IMG/VR virus record: IMGVR_UViG_3300030108_001449
Strand: one strand, 5' to 3'
Origin: an uncultured virus (IMG/VR IMGVR_UViG_3300030108_001449)
Lineage: Duplodnaviria > Heunggongvirae > Uroviricota > Caudoviricetes
DNA: 64,000 nt
Numbering within the stretch: position 1 is the stretch's first letter; every line of letters starts with the position of its first letter. This document shows, piece after piece, positions 55,049 to 63,918 of the stretch. Position numbers and translations under genes: made by a program. Under the pieces are notes generated by a model that was not told where the DNA came from, did not search any database, and saw only the letters and a program-made list of their open reading frames with translations.

Positions 55049-57199
55049 TTAACCGCTTTCTAACGCTTGTACTTTTGTTTCGAGCGTTTCCAATAAAGTT
55101 TGCTGCTCTTGCACCGCCTTGACTAACAAAGGCACAAGTTTTGAGTGGTCGATGCCTTGATATTTGTCTTTTGTATGCTTGGCTTTCCAAGTCGTATCAG
55201 CAGCGTATTTGGCTTCTCTCTTTACATCTCCAACCGATACGCCGTCTGGTATATTTACATCGTCCTCTGTCCAAAGAACTGGATCTTTACCAGCTTTCCA
55301 ATCGTCTTCAGTTATTCCTTCATCGATGACGTTTCCAATCGAATTCAACACAACTTCAGTAACATCTTCTGTTTCATTGTATGTGCCTGTAACAGATTCA
55401 GGCACTACTTGTTGCGCCTCATGGGCTATAAAGCCATCCACAACGGTTCCAGAATCGTCTGCTTTCCATGTAAATCTGGCTGGCTTAAGTTGTTTCAGCC
55501 TTGTCAACCCATCCCAGTCATACTCTACATTTTCTTTCAAGCGATAGTCTGAAGTAGTGTTAAAAGAAACAGAGGTTCCAGTCGCGGCATTACTGATCTG
55601 TATTGAGCCAACGGCGGTATCATTATAATTATAAAAAATAAGAAAATTTACGGCAGCAGTGCTGTTACCAGACTTAAATCCAGTAACTGCGGAACCACTA
55701 AACCCTGTGAAAAACGCGCAATTTGACCTAGTACTATTCCCTGCAACTTGAAGCCGTTCAGTCCAACCTCCACCATTTTGTCCAGTAGTACCCAGCGAGA
55801 CCATGCCTGTATGGCCTATTCTCATGTGTTCTGTAACTGTCGATGCTCCATCCGCTGTTGTTCTGAACTGCAACGAACCGGGCATATCATTAGCACCGGG
55901 AACACCATCACATTGGCTAGCTATTGAGGCTCCTTCAACCAATTGATTGCCATCTGCGCCTTGAAAACTAAGTGATCCAAAAAAATCTCCGTTTTGGCAA
56001 ATTGTAGTTGAATTTGCCGCTGTGCCTCTTGTGGTTCCCATGACAATATAGCCACCATTAGCGTCATCAGAATTTGTCGTAGCCGCTACCGAGATATATC
56101 TGTTTGCTGTTGCAAAATTCTCTATTTGTAAGCATGCGCCCAAAGACTGATTGAAAAAATGAGTCCTCGCTGAATTGTGACCCAGAATTACTCTGTCATT
56201 GCCTCCATCAATGAAGAAACAGTTAGCATCGCCGTCTGATTCAATACGGAAATCTACGTCATACCCACCTTGGTTAAAAACAGTTTCTGTTGGCAAGATG
56301 TCCATGCGAGCAATCGCAGTACCAGCAGTCATTACATTAAATGCCATTCTTCCATCTTCTGAACCATCGCTGGCATCTTTTATTTGATTAACGATTTCTC
56401 CATATAAGATTTTTTCATCCGCATCATTTTCACCATAAATTTCTATGCGTCCTATCTGGTCATTATCAGCAGGGCTGCTAGAGTTTCTATAAAACTGCAT
56501 TAATGGAGCAATATTTGCGTCTGCATCAGTACTAACCAAAGCAAGCTGAGCTGTATTATCTGACGTAGTAATTGTTAAACCGCCATCAGGAATAGCTACA
56601 TCTTTGTTCTCATCAACAGAAATTATTGGGGTTGTGCCGACGGTGCTGCCTAAGCCAATGATCAAGTCATCAGCAGAATCATCTAAGCCGATGTAAAAAT
56701 CTTGTGCGTTTCCATCAAAAACCAACGAAGTATCTTCTGCTGCACCATTTCCAATTCTAAAATTAGTACCAACGCTTAAATTGTCAAAAGCCTCAGTGAC
56801 AGCAGCACCACTACCTGCGCCATCCAGATAAACAACTTTCACATAACCATTAGGGATAGTTATTTCTGCGCCAGAACCTTGTTTAATGATGATGTTTTGT
56901 GAGCCTGAAGTTGCGTTTTCTATAATGTGAACGCGGCTCATGGTGTTTGGGCCGATAGTAATAGTACAGGCAGAATCAAGAGTTCCGGTGTACTTGATAT
57001 ACATAGCTCTGCCGGGGTCAGTTGAACCATCAGCTACTGTTGTAGTATGGGTATCAGCATTAGTCGTTATGCCTTCTGTCCCATACCCTAGTGATTCGCC
57101 GATCAGCTCTAAATTCGTATTTGTACTCGTACCCCAAGTTCCTGACTCATCGCCAGTGGCGATCTCTTTTAATCTTAAATCATTAACGTAAGTTGCCAT
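55049..57199 (-). CDS. Tail fibre with C-terminal intramolecular chaperone (peptidase S74); possibly chimeric across the junction
   Basis: TSDYRLKEN..LKP..F.WK..GFIAHEAQ..P..V..IDHSKLVPLLVKAVQEQ. Confidence 0.9.
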   Translation of the reverse strand: MATYVNDLRLKEIATGDESGTWGTSTNTNLELIGESLGYGTEGITTNADTHTTTVADGSTDPGRAMYIKYTGTLDSACTITIGPNTMSRVHIIENATSGSQNIIIKQGSGAEITIPNGYVKVVYLDGAGSGAAVTEAFDNLSVGTNFRIGNGAAEDTSLVFDGNAQDFYIGLDDSADDLIIGLGSTVGTTPIISVDENKDVAIPDGGLTITTSDNTAQLALVSTDADANIAPLMQFYRNSSSPADNDQIGRIEIYGENDADEKILYGEIVNQIKDASDGSEDGRMAFNVMTAGTAIARMDILPTETVFNQGGYDVDFRIESDGDANCFFIDGGNDRVILGHNSARTHFFNQSLGACLQIENFATANRYISVAATTNSDDANGGYIVMGTTRGTAANSTTICQNGDFFGSLSFQGADGNQLVEGASIASQCDGVPGANDMPGSLQFRTTADGASTVTEHMRIGHTGMVSLGTTGQNGGGWTERLQVAGNSTRSNCAFFTGFSGSAVTGFKSGNSTAAVNFLIFYNYNDTAVGSIQISNAATGTSVSFNTTSDYRLKENVEYDWDGLTRLKQLKPARFTWKADDSGTVVDGFIAHEAQQVVPESVTGTYNETEDVTEVVLNSIGNVIDEGITEDDWKAGKDPVLWTEDDVNIPDGVSVGDVKREAKYAADTTWKAKHTKDKYQGIDHSKLVPLLVKAVQEQQTLLETLETKVQALESG
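56427..56521 (+). repeat. Exact 95-bp direct repeat, copy 2
   Basis: Identical to 1-95. Confidence 0.95.
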
Positions 57200-57202
57200 A
57201 AG

Positions 57203-57334
57203 CTACCTTTTCTTAGTTTTAACTTTGGGTTTTTTCATAGAAGACAAATGCTTTTTTAAAGTATCTGCTTGTTTCTTGTGGGTCTTAGATGCCTTTTCTA
57301 AGCCCTTAATTACTTTTTTTACCTTACGAACCAT
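57203..57334 (-). CDS. Small basic protein (43 aa)
   Basis: LEKASKTHKKQA resembles LKKASKMHASQA of the small ORF at about 53768-53881. Confidence 0.5.
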   Translation of the reverse strand: MVRKVKKVIKGLEKASKTHKKQADTLKKHLSSMKKPKVKTKKR

Positions 57335-58035
57335 CAGGCTACCTCTTTCCAATCAGGTGTTTGACTGTCATCAATAGTTGACCAACCAGGTGTTTGACTG
57401 TCATCAATTGCCGACCAACTAGGTGTTTGACTGTCATCGATAAGTCCCCAAACATTAACACCACTCGTTGTACAAGCCGCTTCCACGCCTGTTGGGAATA
57501 CGTTTGCATCTCCATCGAATTCCAACGTTCCGATACTACCCGCCATTTCTGGTGTAGAAACTTCAACGGTGTTACTTGTGATCGGAGTGACGCTGCCAAG
57601 CCCTGTTGTTCCCGCCACGCCAGTGACACTGACTGTCGCCGTGCCCGTAACCGTAGGTGATCCCAAACTCCCTGTAGCCGCCACGCCAGTGACCGTAGTG
57701 CTTGCGTCAATAGAGACGGTAACCGAGCCAAGCGTTCCCGTGCCAGCAACACCCGTGGGACTGACATTTGCTTCACCTGTGACCGTAACTGAACCAAGAG
57801 TACCAGTGCCTGATACCCCAGATACATCAACATCCGCATTAGCGGATACAGAAACCGAGCCAACAGCCCCTGTTCCCGCAACGCCTGTAACTGAGACGTT
57901 CGCATCTGCCGTAACCGAGACTGTGCCGACAGCGCCCGTTGCGTCAGGTACTGCTTGGCCATTACCCCACGTTCCGTCACCCCATCCATGAGATGACGAG
58001 TTCCATCCTTCAAAGGCAACCTTGACATCAGCCAC
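57334..58035 (-). CDS. Virion/tail structural protein (genome B homolog of 1215..1796)
   Basis: VSVTGVAGTG repeats; C-terminal IDDSQTPxW x3. Confidence 0.75.
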   Translation of the reverse strand: MADVKVAFEGWNSSSHGWGDGTWGNGQAVPDATGAVGTVSVTADANVSVTGVAGTGAVGSVSVSANADVDVSGVSGTGTLGSVTVTGEANVSPTGVAGTGTLGSVTVSIDASTTVTGVAATGSLGSPTVTGTATVSVTGVAGTTGLGSVTPITSNTVEVSTPEMAGSIGTLEFDGDANVFPTGVEAACTTSGVNVWGLIDDSQTPSWSAIDDSQTPGWSTIDDSQTPDWKEVA

Positions 58036-58045
58036 ACGTTATATC

Positions 58046-58516
58046 CTATGCAATCCTAATAATTGCGTTACTAGCATCCGCTGCTGGAAACTGAATAGTG
58101 AAGTCACCACTAGTAGATGTCTTGTCTGCGCCAAAGTCTAGCGCACACACTGCCCTGTTAGCCGATCCTGCAGTTGTAGAAGAATTATAGATCAACGCTC
58201 CTCTTGCAGTAATTGAGCTACTGGAAAACGTAGTATCGGCAAAATCTGTAAGTGCTGTAGTACCCGAAGTGGTTGGGTCTACATTGGTCAAAGTGTTTCC
58301 ACCGGAAGTATAGCCGGTTCCCGACACTTCGTTGGTTGTTGCAAAAGCGGTGGTAGATGCAGACAACGTTGCACTACTAGTAAACAAGGCAAGCTTAAAT
58401 GTATTGCCAGTTCCTGTAGTAGTTGTTGTTCCCCCACCAGAGCCGTTGTGAAAGTTGTGTATTCCCTGAAGTAACTCAGACTTGAAAGAAGTACACATTG
58501 CCGTTGTAATAGCCAT
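58046..58516 (-). CDS. Virion structural protein (B)
   Basis: Homolog of 34449..34880. Confidence 0.75.
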   Translation of the reverse strand: MAITTAMCTSFKSELLQGIHNFHNGSGGGTTTTTGTGNTFKLALFTSSATLSASTTAFATTNEVSGTGYTSGGNTLTNVDPTTSGTTALTDFADTTFSSSSITARGALIYNSSTTAGSANRAVCALDFGADKTSTSGDFTIQFPAADASNAIIRIA

Positions 58517-58806
58517 TACAGTCTCCTTAATATATCAGCAATGTCTGGATGACCCTGCTGAATAAACTCGTTCAAAAGAGTCGTTCTATCGCTCTTAATA
58601 GCTTGTTTGATGATACCTAAAACCACATGGTAAATGCGACTTTTAAATGCTTCTGCTTGTTGCCTAACAATCGGATCTACAGAAGAAGATATGCCTACTA
58701 TTTGTTCAACTGCTCGTTCAGCGAGTTCTTCTGGGGACAAACCACGATATTCCGTTGTTTTTACCACCACGTCTCCCATGTTGGATTTCACAGCTATTTC
58801 AAACAT
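58516..58806 (-). CDS. Conserved phage protein (B)
   Basis: Homolog of 34882..35172. Confidence 0.7.
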   Translation of the reverse strand: MFEIAVKSNMGDVVVKTTEYRGLSPEELAERAVEQIVGISSSVDPIVRQQAEAFKSRIYHVVLGIIKQAIKSDRTTLLNEFIQQGHPDIADILRRL

Positions 58807-59444
58807 TATCTTCCTTTACTAATATCATAACGATACTCATCTTTTGCACCATAACCCTCACCGAGGTCTTTTATTGCAGCTATAGCTTGACCAAATCTTT
58901 GTTCGTATTGAGCAACTTCTTCCGGAGCTTTTAAAAACGTTGCTGCTTCTACCAAAGTGCCATACAACAACGCATCCGGTGCGTTGGTAGATAACCACGT
59001 GGTGCCACTGTCCGCCCCTGCGGTCAAAGACGCAGGACGGTATTTATAGTGCAATTCAAAACTGTAACCACTATCTGGAGTAGGAGCTAGAATAAACGTA
59101 GTGTCATCAAACAACGCATAATACTTAGGGGTTCCGGTAGTAGATGCGTTGGGGGTGTAAGCTCGCGCAAAAGAAACGTGCTTAAACAACAAATAAGAAT
59201 ATTCGCTATCTTTTATTACAGCCAGACTATACGGCGCTAAAAAATCACTAGGCGTCGATAAATAGGTGCTGTTGTTGGTAGCGTTACCTGTGACGTTCTT
59301 TCTGAATACCGGAAGCTCTACGTTTTTTAAAATACGTTCTTCGGACTCTTTTATGAAAGTGGTAAGTTGTGTGTCAAACGTGGTTTCCGACGTTTCACAA
59401 TAATCCTGCACCGCTGTTTTTAAAGTTGCGTATGTAAAACTCAT
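58806..59444 (-). CDS. Head-tail adaptor-like protein (B)
   Basis: Homolog of 36138..36785. Confidence 0.7.
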   Translation of the reverse strand: MSFTYATLKTAVQDYCETSETTFDTQLTTFIKESEERILKNVELPVFRKNVTGNATNNSTYLSTPSDFLAPYSLAVIKDSEYSYLLFKHVSFARAYTPNASTTGTPKYYALFDDTTFILAPTPDSGYSFELHYKYRPASLTAGADSGTTWLSTNAPDALLYGTLVEAATFLKAPEEVAQYEQRFGQAIAAIKDLGEGYGAKDEYRYDISKGR

Positions 59445-59746
59445 GTTGTGCTCACCGTAACAGTTCCAACCTGACCAATACCCCGGATAGGAGTAAACGT
59501 TGTTTCTACCACGAGGGGAACCCCAACCACTACAACAGTTGGTTCGACACGGTCTGGTCTGGCGTTTCTTAACGCTTGAGGATCGCTCGCGCTAGGTGGC
59601 GGATACAGTTGAGGTTGTTTTGGTTCAAACTCATCTGGTCCGACCAAAGAACCATTCCATTCGCGTTTCATCGAATTTAATTTGTAACGAAAACCAGATC
59701 TATCTGATATTCCGTATGCGTATTTTCCTCTGGCAAATGCTCCCAT
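59441..59746 (-). CDS. Conserved phage protein (B)
   Basis: Homolog of 36782..37096. Confidence 0.7.
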   Translation of the reverse strand: MGAFARGKYAYGISDRSGFRYKLNSMKREWNGSLVGPDEFEPKQPQLYPPPSASDPQALRNARPDRVEPTVVVVGVPLVVETTFTPIRGIGQVGTVTVSTT

Positions 59747-59748
59747 TT

Positions 59749-60633
59749 TTACGACCTATAGGTTTCGTAAGAGGGGCTTATTCTTAAAGAAGCCCTATCT
59801 CGGTCTTCGTCAAGAGCCCGTTGTAATTCTTCTTCGTAAATTGTTTTTAAAGCACCCATAAGTTGTGGGTTTCTTTTCATAGAAAGATAGTAAGCCAAAC
59901 CGGCTGTTAAACAAGGGTAAAACCTAAAAGGTACTTCTGCAGTGTTGGTGTATGCATCCGCATCGTCAATTCTAGTTAACCTATTAAATTTAACAATGTC
60001 GGTATCGTTTTCTGGTGCGGGCCAAATTTGTAACACAGGCGTTATTTGCCTGTTTAGAAAAAATTGATTTGGCCTACCGGATTGTGACTTGTTGGGTATG
60101 TTGAGAAAACTTGAACGACTTACTCTTTCTATTTCGAAATCAGTGCTGTCTCGGGTCACCACTGCCGACAAAATATCAATTGTAGACTGCACGTTCGTTA
60201 AATCTACAGCCGCCGCTAGAGTGCTTGACGCACCGCTGGTGCCGCCAATAATTGTTTCTCCGCTGGAAAACGTCCCAGAAGGTATTGTGATAGCCAAGGT
60301 GGTGCTAGAAGGTTTACTGGTAACGCTGGCTGTTGCTGCGCTAGTGCCTCCAGTAAGAGTTTCTCCAACAGAAAAACTAGTAGAGGAACCCACTGTCATT
60401 GTTAAAGTTCCACCAGGGTAATCCCTAATGCCCGTAGCTAACGTTATGGATACCTCTTCAATGGTCCATTGATTCAGGCCACGGTTGGCCCAATCAGCAA
60501 ACAATAAATTTAAAGAACGTTTGGCGCTTCTTAGATCGTAACCAGTACGAACTTCTAAACCGCAACGTTCAAATGCTTCTTCCACGTACTCAGCAACGTC
60601 TAATTCGAAATCTTTAGAACCTGATGTAGCCAT
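59749..60633 (-). CDS. Head-tail connector-like protein with a Thr/Ser/Gly-rich insertion (B)
   Basis: Homolog of 37096..37791, 63 aa longer. Confidence 0.7.
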   Translation of the reverse strand: MATSGSKDFELDVAEYVEEAFERCGLEVRTGYDLRSAKRSLNLLFADWANRGLNQWTIEEVSITLATGIRDYPGGTLTMTVGSSTSFSVGETLTGGTSAATASVTSKPSSTTLAITIPSGTFSSGETIIGGTSGASSTLAAAVDLTNVQSTIDILSAVVTRDSTDFEIERVSRSSFLNIPNKSQSGRPNQFFLNRQITPVLQIWPAPENDTDIVKFNRLTRIDDADAYTNTAEVPFRFYPCLTAGLAYYLSMKRNPQLMGALKTIYEEELQRALDEDRDRASLRISPSYETYRS

Positions 60634-61307
60634 TATTCTTCATACAAGTTATTGAAAGTCACCGCTGGATCTAAGTAACTTTCGTGGCCTTCAGCAGAAT
60701 GTTTCCACTGAGACGGTTTAAAATCTGGCGCTCCTTCTCCGGTCACCCAAAGAGCGGGACTTGTAGCCCTTACACGGTTGTTCGGTAACGCCACTATATT
60801 TCCTTTCCATTTACCTTCTTCTGTTATGCATAATACATGGGACTGCTTGTGTTGAGCAGAGTCATCTGCAATATCAGATTCTGTATAATCTACAGTAAAA
60901 AGGTATTTAGAAGTAAAAAACTCTCCACCAATCTTAGCAATCCACGGGGAAGAGCTTACCCTATCCATAACCACAACAGAATGATGATGAGACTCACAGT
61001 CCCAAGGCTGGGATAAATGATCATCCATAGGTTCCGGATAATCTTGCATAGGCATATCACACACTAAGCCTTGTATTGGCATCCTAGCCCACATAGCTCC
61101 TCCATGTATGTTGCCCTCATCGTTATCCTCACAATCTGCTTCGCAGCCGGTAAAAACAACCTGAAAACTTAAAGAGCGGTCAGGTACTGTATTTACGGCT
61201 ATCGCTAAACAATGTAAAAACTCTCCGTGATATTTTTCGTGGTTATGCGTAAATTCTCGTCGCACCCAACATTTAAAATGCGGGATGTTGCTGATTAAAT
61301 ACGACAC
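60633..61307 (-). CDS. Conserved phage protein (B)
   Basis: Same length as and highly similar to 37792..38466. Confidence 0.8.
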   Translation of the reverse strand: MSYLISNIPHFKCWVRREFTHNHEKYHGEFLHCLAIAVNTVPDRSLSFQVVFTGCEADCEDNDEGNIHGGAMWARMPIQGLVCDMPMQDYPEPMDDHLSQPWDCESHHHSVVVMDRVSSSPWIAKIGGEFFTSKYLFTVDYTESDIADDSAQHKQSHVLCITEEGKWKGNIVALPNNRVRATSPALWVTGEGAPDFKPSQWKHSAEGHESYLDPAVTFNNLYEE

Positions 61308-61465
61308 TAAATGCCAAGATCTTTCTTCTTAGACATTTTCATCATGGCGCCGCCTTTAGATTTTTTCATAAGGGAGCCACCTTTAGATTTTTTCATCACA
61401 GAACTATTTTTAGATTTCTTTTTAGCTGACCCTGCGTTACCTATGTTTACTCTTGAACCCGGCAT
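61307..61465 (-). CDS. Small Lys-rich protein with MKKSKGG repeats (B)
   Basis: Manual translation MPGSRVNIG..MKKSKGGSLMKKSKGGAMMKMSK; same position as 38467..38922. Confidence 0.6.
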   Translation of the reverse strand: MPGSRVNIGNAGSAKKKSKNSSVMKKSKGGSLMKKSKGGAMMKMSKKKDLGI

Positions 61466-61472
61466 AACTACC

Positions 61473-61799
61473 TCACGTATATGTTGTTACTTTACGGCGC
61501 TCGTTTAACACTGCGCCGCACCCTTTTGCAATCTCCTGCCGTACTCCGCCGCCACGAGACATGTTTCTTACTGTTGCTTTTTTCGTGTTTTTGACAACAG
61601 TTTTACCTTTCGACCCTTCCCGTTTTTTCTTTTTTGCCGTGGCCGCTCGTTCTGATTTACTTAACGAACGTGCTTTAGCTAAAGGAAGACAACGGTCTGG
61701 GTTTTTTTTGTCTTTTGAGGTGCCACAGTCACCGACAATATTTCCGCTGCTATCAATGCGCACCCATTTCTGATCACGCCATTTTTTTAACTCACCCAC
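61473..61799 (-). CDS. Basic protein (DUF5872-like, B)
   Basis: LKKWRDQKWV..CG..RCLP.AKA. Confidence 0.65.
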   Translation of the reverse strand: MGELKKWRDQKWVRIDSSGNIVGDCGTSKDKKNPDRCLPLAKARSLSKSERAATAKKKKREGSKGKTVVKNTKKATVRNMSRGGGVRQEIAKGCGAVLNERRKVTTYT

Positions 61800-62011
61800 T
61801 AGGATTTTTTCCTTTTAGATTTTTTTGCGTAATTAGGGTCTTTGCAATACTTAGAAGCAGCCATGTTCGCATAAGCAGACGGGTAGGTATCAAAAGTGCG
61901 CTTTGCCCACGCTTTTCCCGCAGGGCAAATCTTGCTTCCTTTGCTTTTTTTGGAAGCTCCGCCACCTTTCCTATAATAGGTCAGTCCTTTTGGCATAGAA
62001 GCGCGATTCAT
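61799..62011 (-). CDS. Small basic protein (B)
   Basis: KICPAGKAWAKRTFDTYPSAYAN. Confidence 0.65.
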   Translation of the reverse strand: MNRASMPKGLTYYRKGGGASKKSKGSKICPAGKAWAKRTFDTYPSAYANMAASKYCKDPNYAKKSKRKKS

Positions 62012-62296
62012 TTACCACGCCTCACACGACCAATAACGCGCCGTGAACTTATCTTTTGCGGTATCACAATTATGGCGGGCTCTAAAACTCTTCCTGCGTT
62101 TAGGCTGGCTTTTTTTGATGGTCATGTCGGGATCACCAAAACGAACCATCTTAACCTGATCGCCTTTTTTAGCTAAAACTACAGACTTTTTAGAACCACC
62201 TTTTGAACGCTTTGGCTGGTTGTACCCAGAAAAAGTTTCTCCACGATACTCTAATCTTCCGGAAGGCAGTCTTTTTACGTTCTTTACAGTAGCCAC
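62012..62296 (-). CDS. Small basic protein (B)
   Basis: Homolog of 51508..51819. Confidence 0.7.
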   Translation of the reverse strand: MATVKNVKRLPSGRLEYRGETFSGYNQPKRSKGGSKKSVVLAKKGDQVKMVRFGDPDMTIKKSQPKRRKSFRARHNCDTAKDKFTARYWSCEAW

Positions 62297-62302
62297 GTGG
62301 TT

Positions 62303-62917
62303 TTACGCATGAAATGCGGTCATAGTGGTAAAGGTTGACTGCGTATATTGTATATAAGCACCGCCTGTAAACAAGACGCCCTCTTCCGGAATAGCAACAT
62401 CTCGGGTAACTGTTGCACTAGCTACCGTGCCAATTTTCATCGTACTTGTGCCCGTAGGGGAAGTAATCAAAAAATCAATAGTTCCCGCCGTGCCGGAGTT
62501 TACGATGTACGCACCTTTCAGCCTTGTTCTCCCCGCGAATATAACGTCTGCAGCAGAGTTGTTGATCCCTGCTGACACATTACCCGCTGGATCGCCTACG
62601 GCTGCAATGGCTGTAACGGTCTTAAAATACTTTGATCCCGTTGCAGTTCCCGCGTTTGCGCCAGTAATCGACTCTGTTTGAGAATCCCCATTTACATCAG
62701 TTCCTGTGACTGTAAAAGAAATCCCAGAATCATCACCAGCAGACAAAATAGTAACTATTCGTCCTGAACTAAACGTGCAACTGCCACTATCAGCAAGCGC
62801 ACCGCCAATCGTTAAATTAGCGTTGTTACCCACAGCAGCGGCAGTTGAAATCCCATCGGCATCTAAGGCTTGCGTGTCAGCCGTAATAAAAACAGCTTTA
62901 ACATCTGATCCTGCCAT
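62303..62917 (-). CDS. Virion structural protein (B)
   Basis: 204 aa, Gly/Thr/Ala-rich beta composition. Confidence 0.7.
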   Translation of the reverse strand: MAGSDVKAVFITADTQALDADGISTAAAVGNNANLTIGGALADSGSCTFSSGRIVTILSAGDDSGISFTVTGTDVNGDSQTESITGANAGTATGSKYFKTVTAIAAVGDPAGNVSAGINNSAADVIFAGRTRLKGAYIVNSGTAGTIDFLITSPTGTSTMKIGTVASATVTRDVAIPEEGVLFTGGAYIQYTQSTFTTMTAFHA

Positions 62918-62920
62918 ACA

Positions 62921-63067
62921 CTACTCCTTGATTTCACCTCGAAGGACCATAGCTTTGTACTCCGCGCTTCCCACAGGGGGCAAAGTAGACGTTTTTTTAG
63001 TCGTCTTTTTAGCCGCAGGTTTTTTAGCAGGGGCCTTCTTTTCCGTAGATTTTTTAGTAGTCGCCAT
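62921..63067 (-). CDS. Small Lys/Ala-rich protein (48 aa, B)
   Basis: MATTKKSTEKKAPAKKPAAKK... Confidence 0.55.
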   Translation of the reverse strand: MATTKKSTEKKAPAKKPAAKKTTKKTSTLPPVGSAEYKAMVLRGEIKE

Positions 63068-63076
63068 TTACAACCC

Positions 63077-63793
63077 CTATCGGTTTTGTGCAGCAAATAA
63101 ATAATCGATGGTAGCCGATTTAGTGCCCGTTGCAGAACCCGAAAGTTCCATCGCACCAATAGCCAGATTTTCATTGTCTGGAATGTTATCAGTGTGCGTA
63201 GCAACTAAATTTCTGTTTACAAAAAACTCTACAGAACCTGTACCTTTCACATGGAATCCTAACGTGACGTAGGTATCGTCAGCTATGTCTACTCCAGAAT
63301 CAGTAGTAGTGGCTGTACCGTCTTTTTCCGTAACACAATCGATGTTAGTGTCACCATCATCAACCTGGAACACAATGCGATCAGCCGCTGTAAGCATAGC
63401 CTCTGGGTTCGTCGCAAAGTTCACTGTCAACCCTACGCACAAATCAATCGCGCTTCCTTCTGAATCACCAACTTTAATTTTGGTTTCAAACCAAACGTCG
63501 CGGCTAGTAGACAATGCAAATATCTCATTGCCCTGTACAGAAGCCCCGTCGTTATCTGTGGTTGCTTGTGAGGTAAGAACTAACGTACCACTTTCGGCGT
63601 CTGCGCCTAAAGCAGCGGTAGCACTGCTGTCTTTAACAACAGTCCAGTCGTTTGTGTTGTCCAAAGCAACCCCAGTAAAATCGTCCATGTAGACAACGTA
63701 GTCTGGATTTTTGTCGATAGGTAGGTTTTCAAACCATTTGCGATTGCCGTCTTTCCCGGCAAACAGAATAGGACCAGTAAAATGAGTAGCCAT
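63077..63793 (-). CDS. Virion structural (head decoration-like) protein (B)
   Basis: Homolog of 40327..41037; AGGAG SD. Confidence 0.75.
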   Translation of the reverse strand: MATHFTGPILFAGKDGNRKWFENLPIDKNPDYVVYMDDFTGVALDNTNDWTVVKDSSATAALGADAESGTLVLTSQATTDNDGASVQGNEIFALSTSRDVWFETKIKVGDSEGSAIDLCVGLTVNFATNPEAMLTAADRIVFQVDDGDTNIDCVTEKDGTATTTDSGVDIADDTYVTLGFHVKGTGSVEFFVNRNLVATHTDNIPDNENLAIGAMELSGSATGTKSATIDYLFAAQNR

Positions 63794-63870
63794 GTGTTTC
63801 TCCTGTCGTGGCTAGTGTCAGTCTCCCCATGAGACTGTCAGGATCATTGAAGAATACCTGTTAAACAGGC

Positions 63871-63898
63871 AAAAAGAAAGGGCGACATGCGCCCTTTC
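63871..63898 (-). terminator. Intrinsic terminator after capsid gene B
   Basis: GAAAGGGCG-CATGT-CGCCCTTTC-TTTTT on the minus strand. Confidence 0.8.
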
Positions 63899-63918
63899 CA
63901 TAGTAAACAAAGTTTACT

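Noticed and set aside
57355..57438. Three 18-bp repeats at 33-bp period resembling a mini-CRISPR array
   Set aside because: In-frame coding repeats (IDDSQTPxW); spacers are only 15 bp and similar to each other; no cas genes.
57339..58037. 232-aa alternative-frame ORF over the structural gene, and many plus-strand ORFs across 24-64 kb
   Set aside because: Shadow ORFs from repetitive or biased codon usage; no SD or protein-like motifs, unlike 1999-2226.
61301..61307. ACGACAC in module B as another promoter box
   Set aside because: It overlaps a coupled stop/start junction and has no matching -35/-10.
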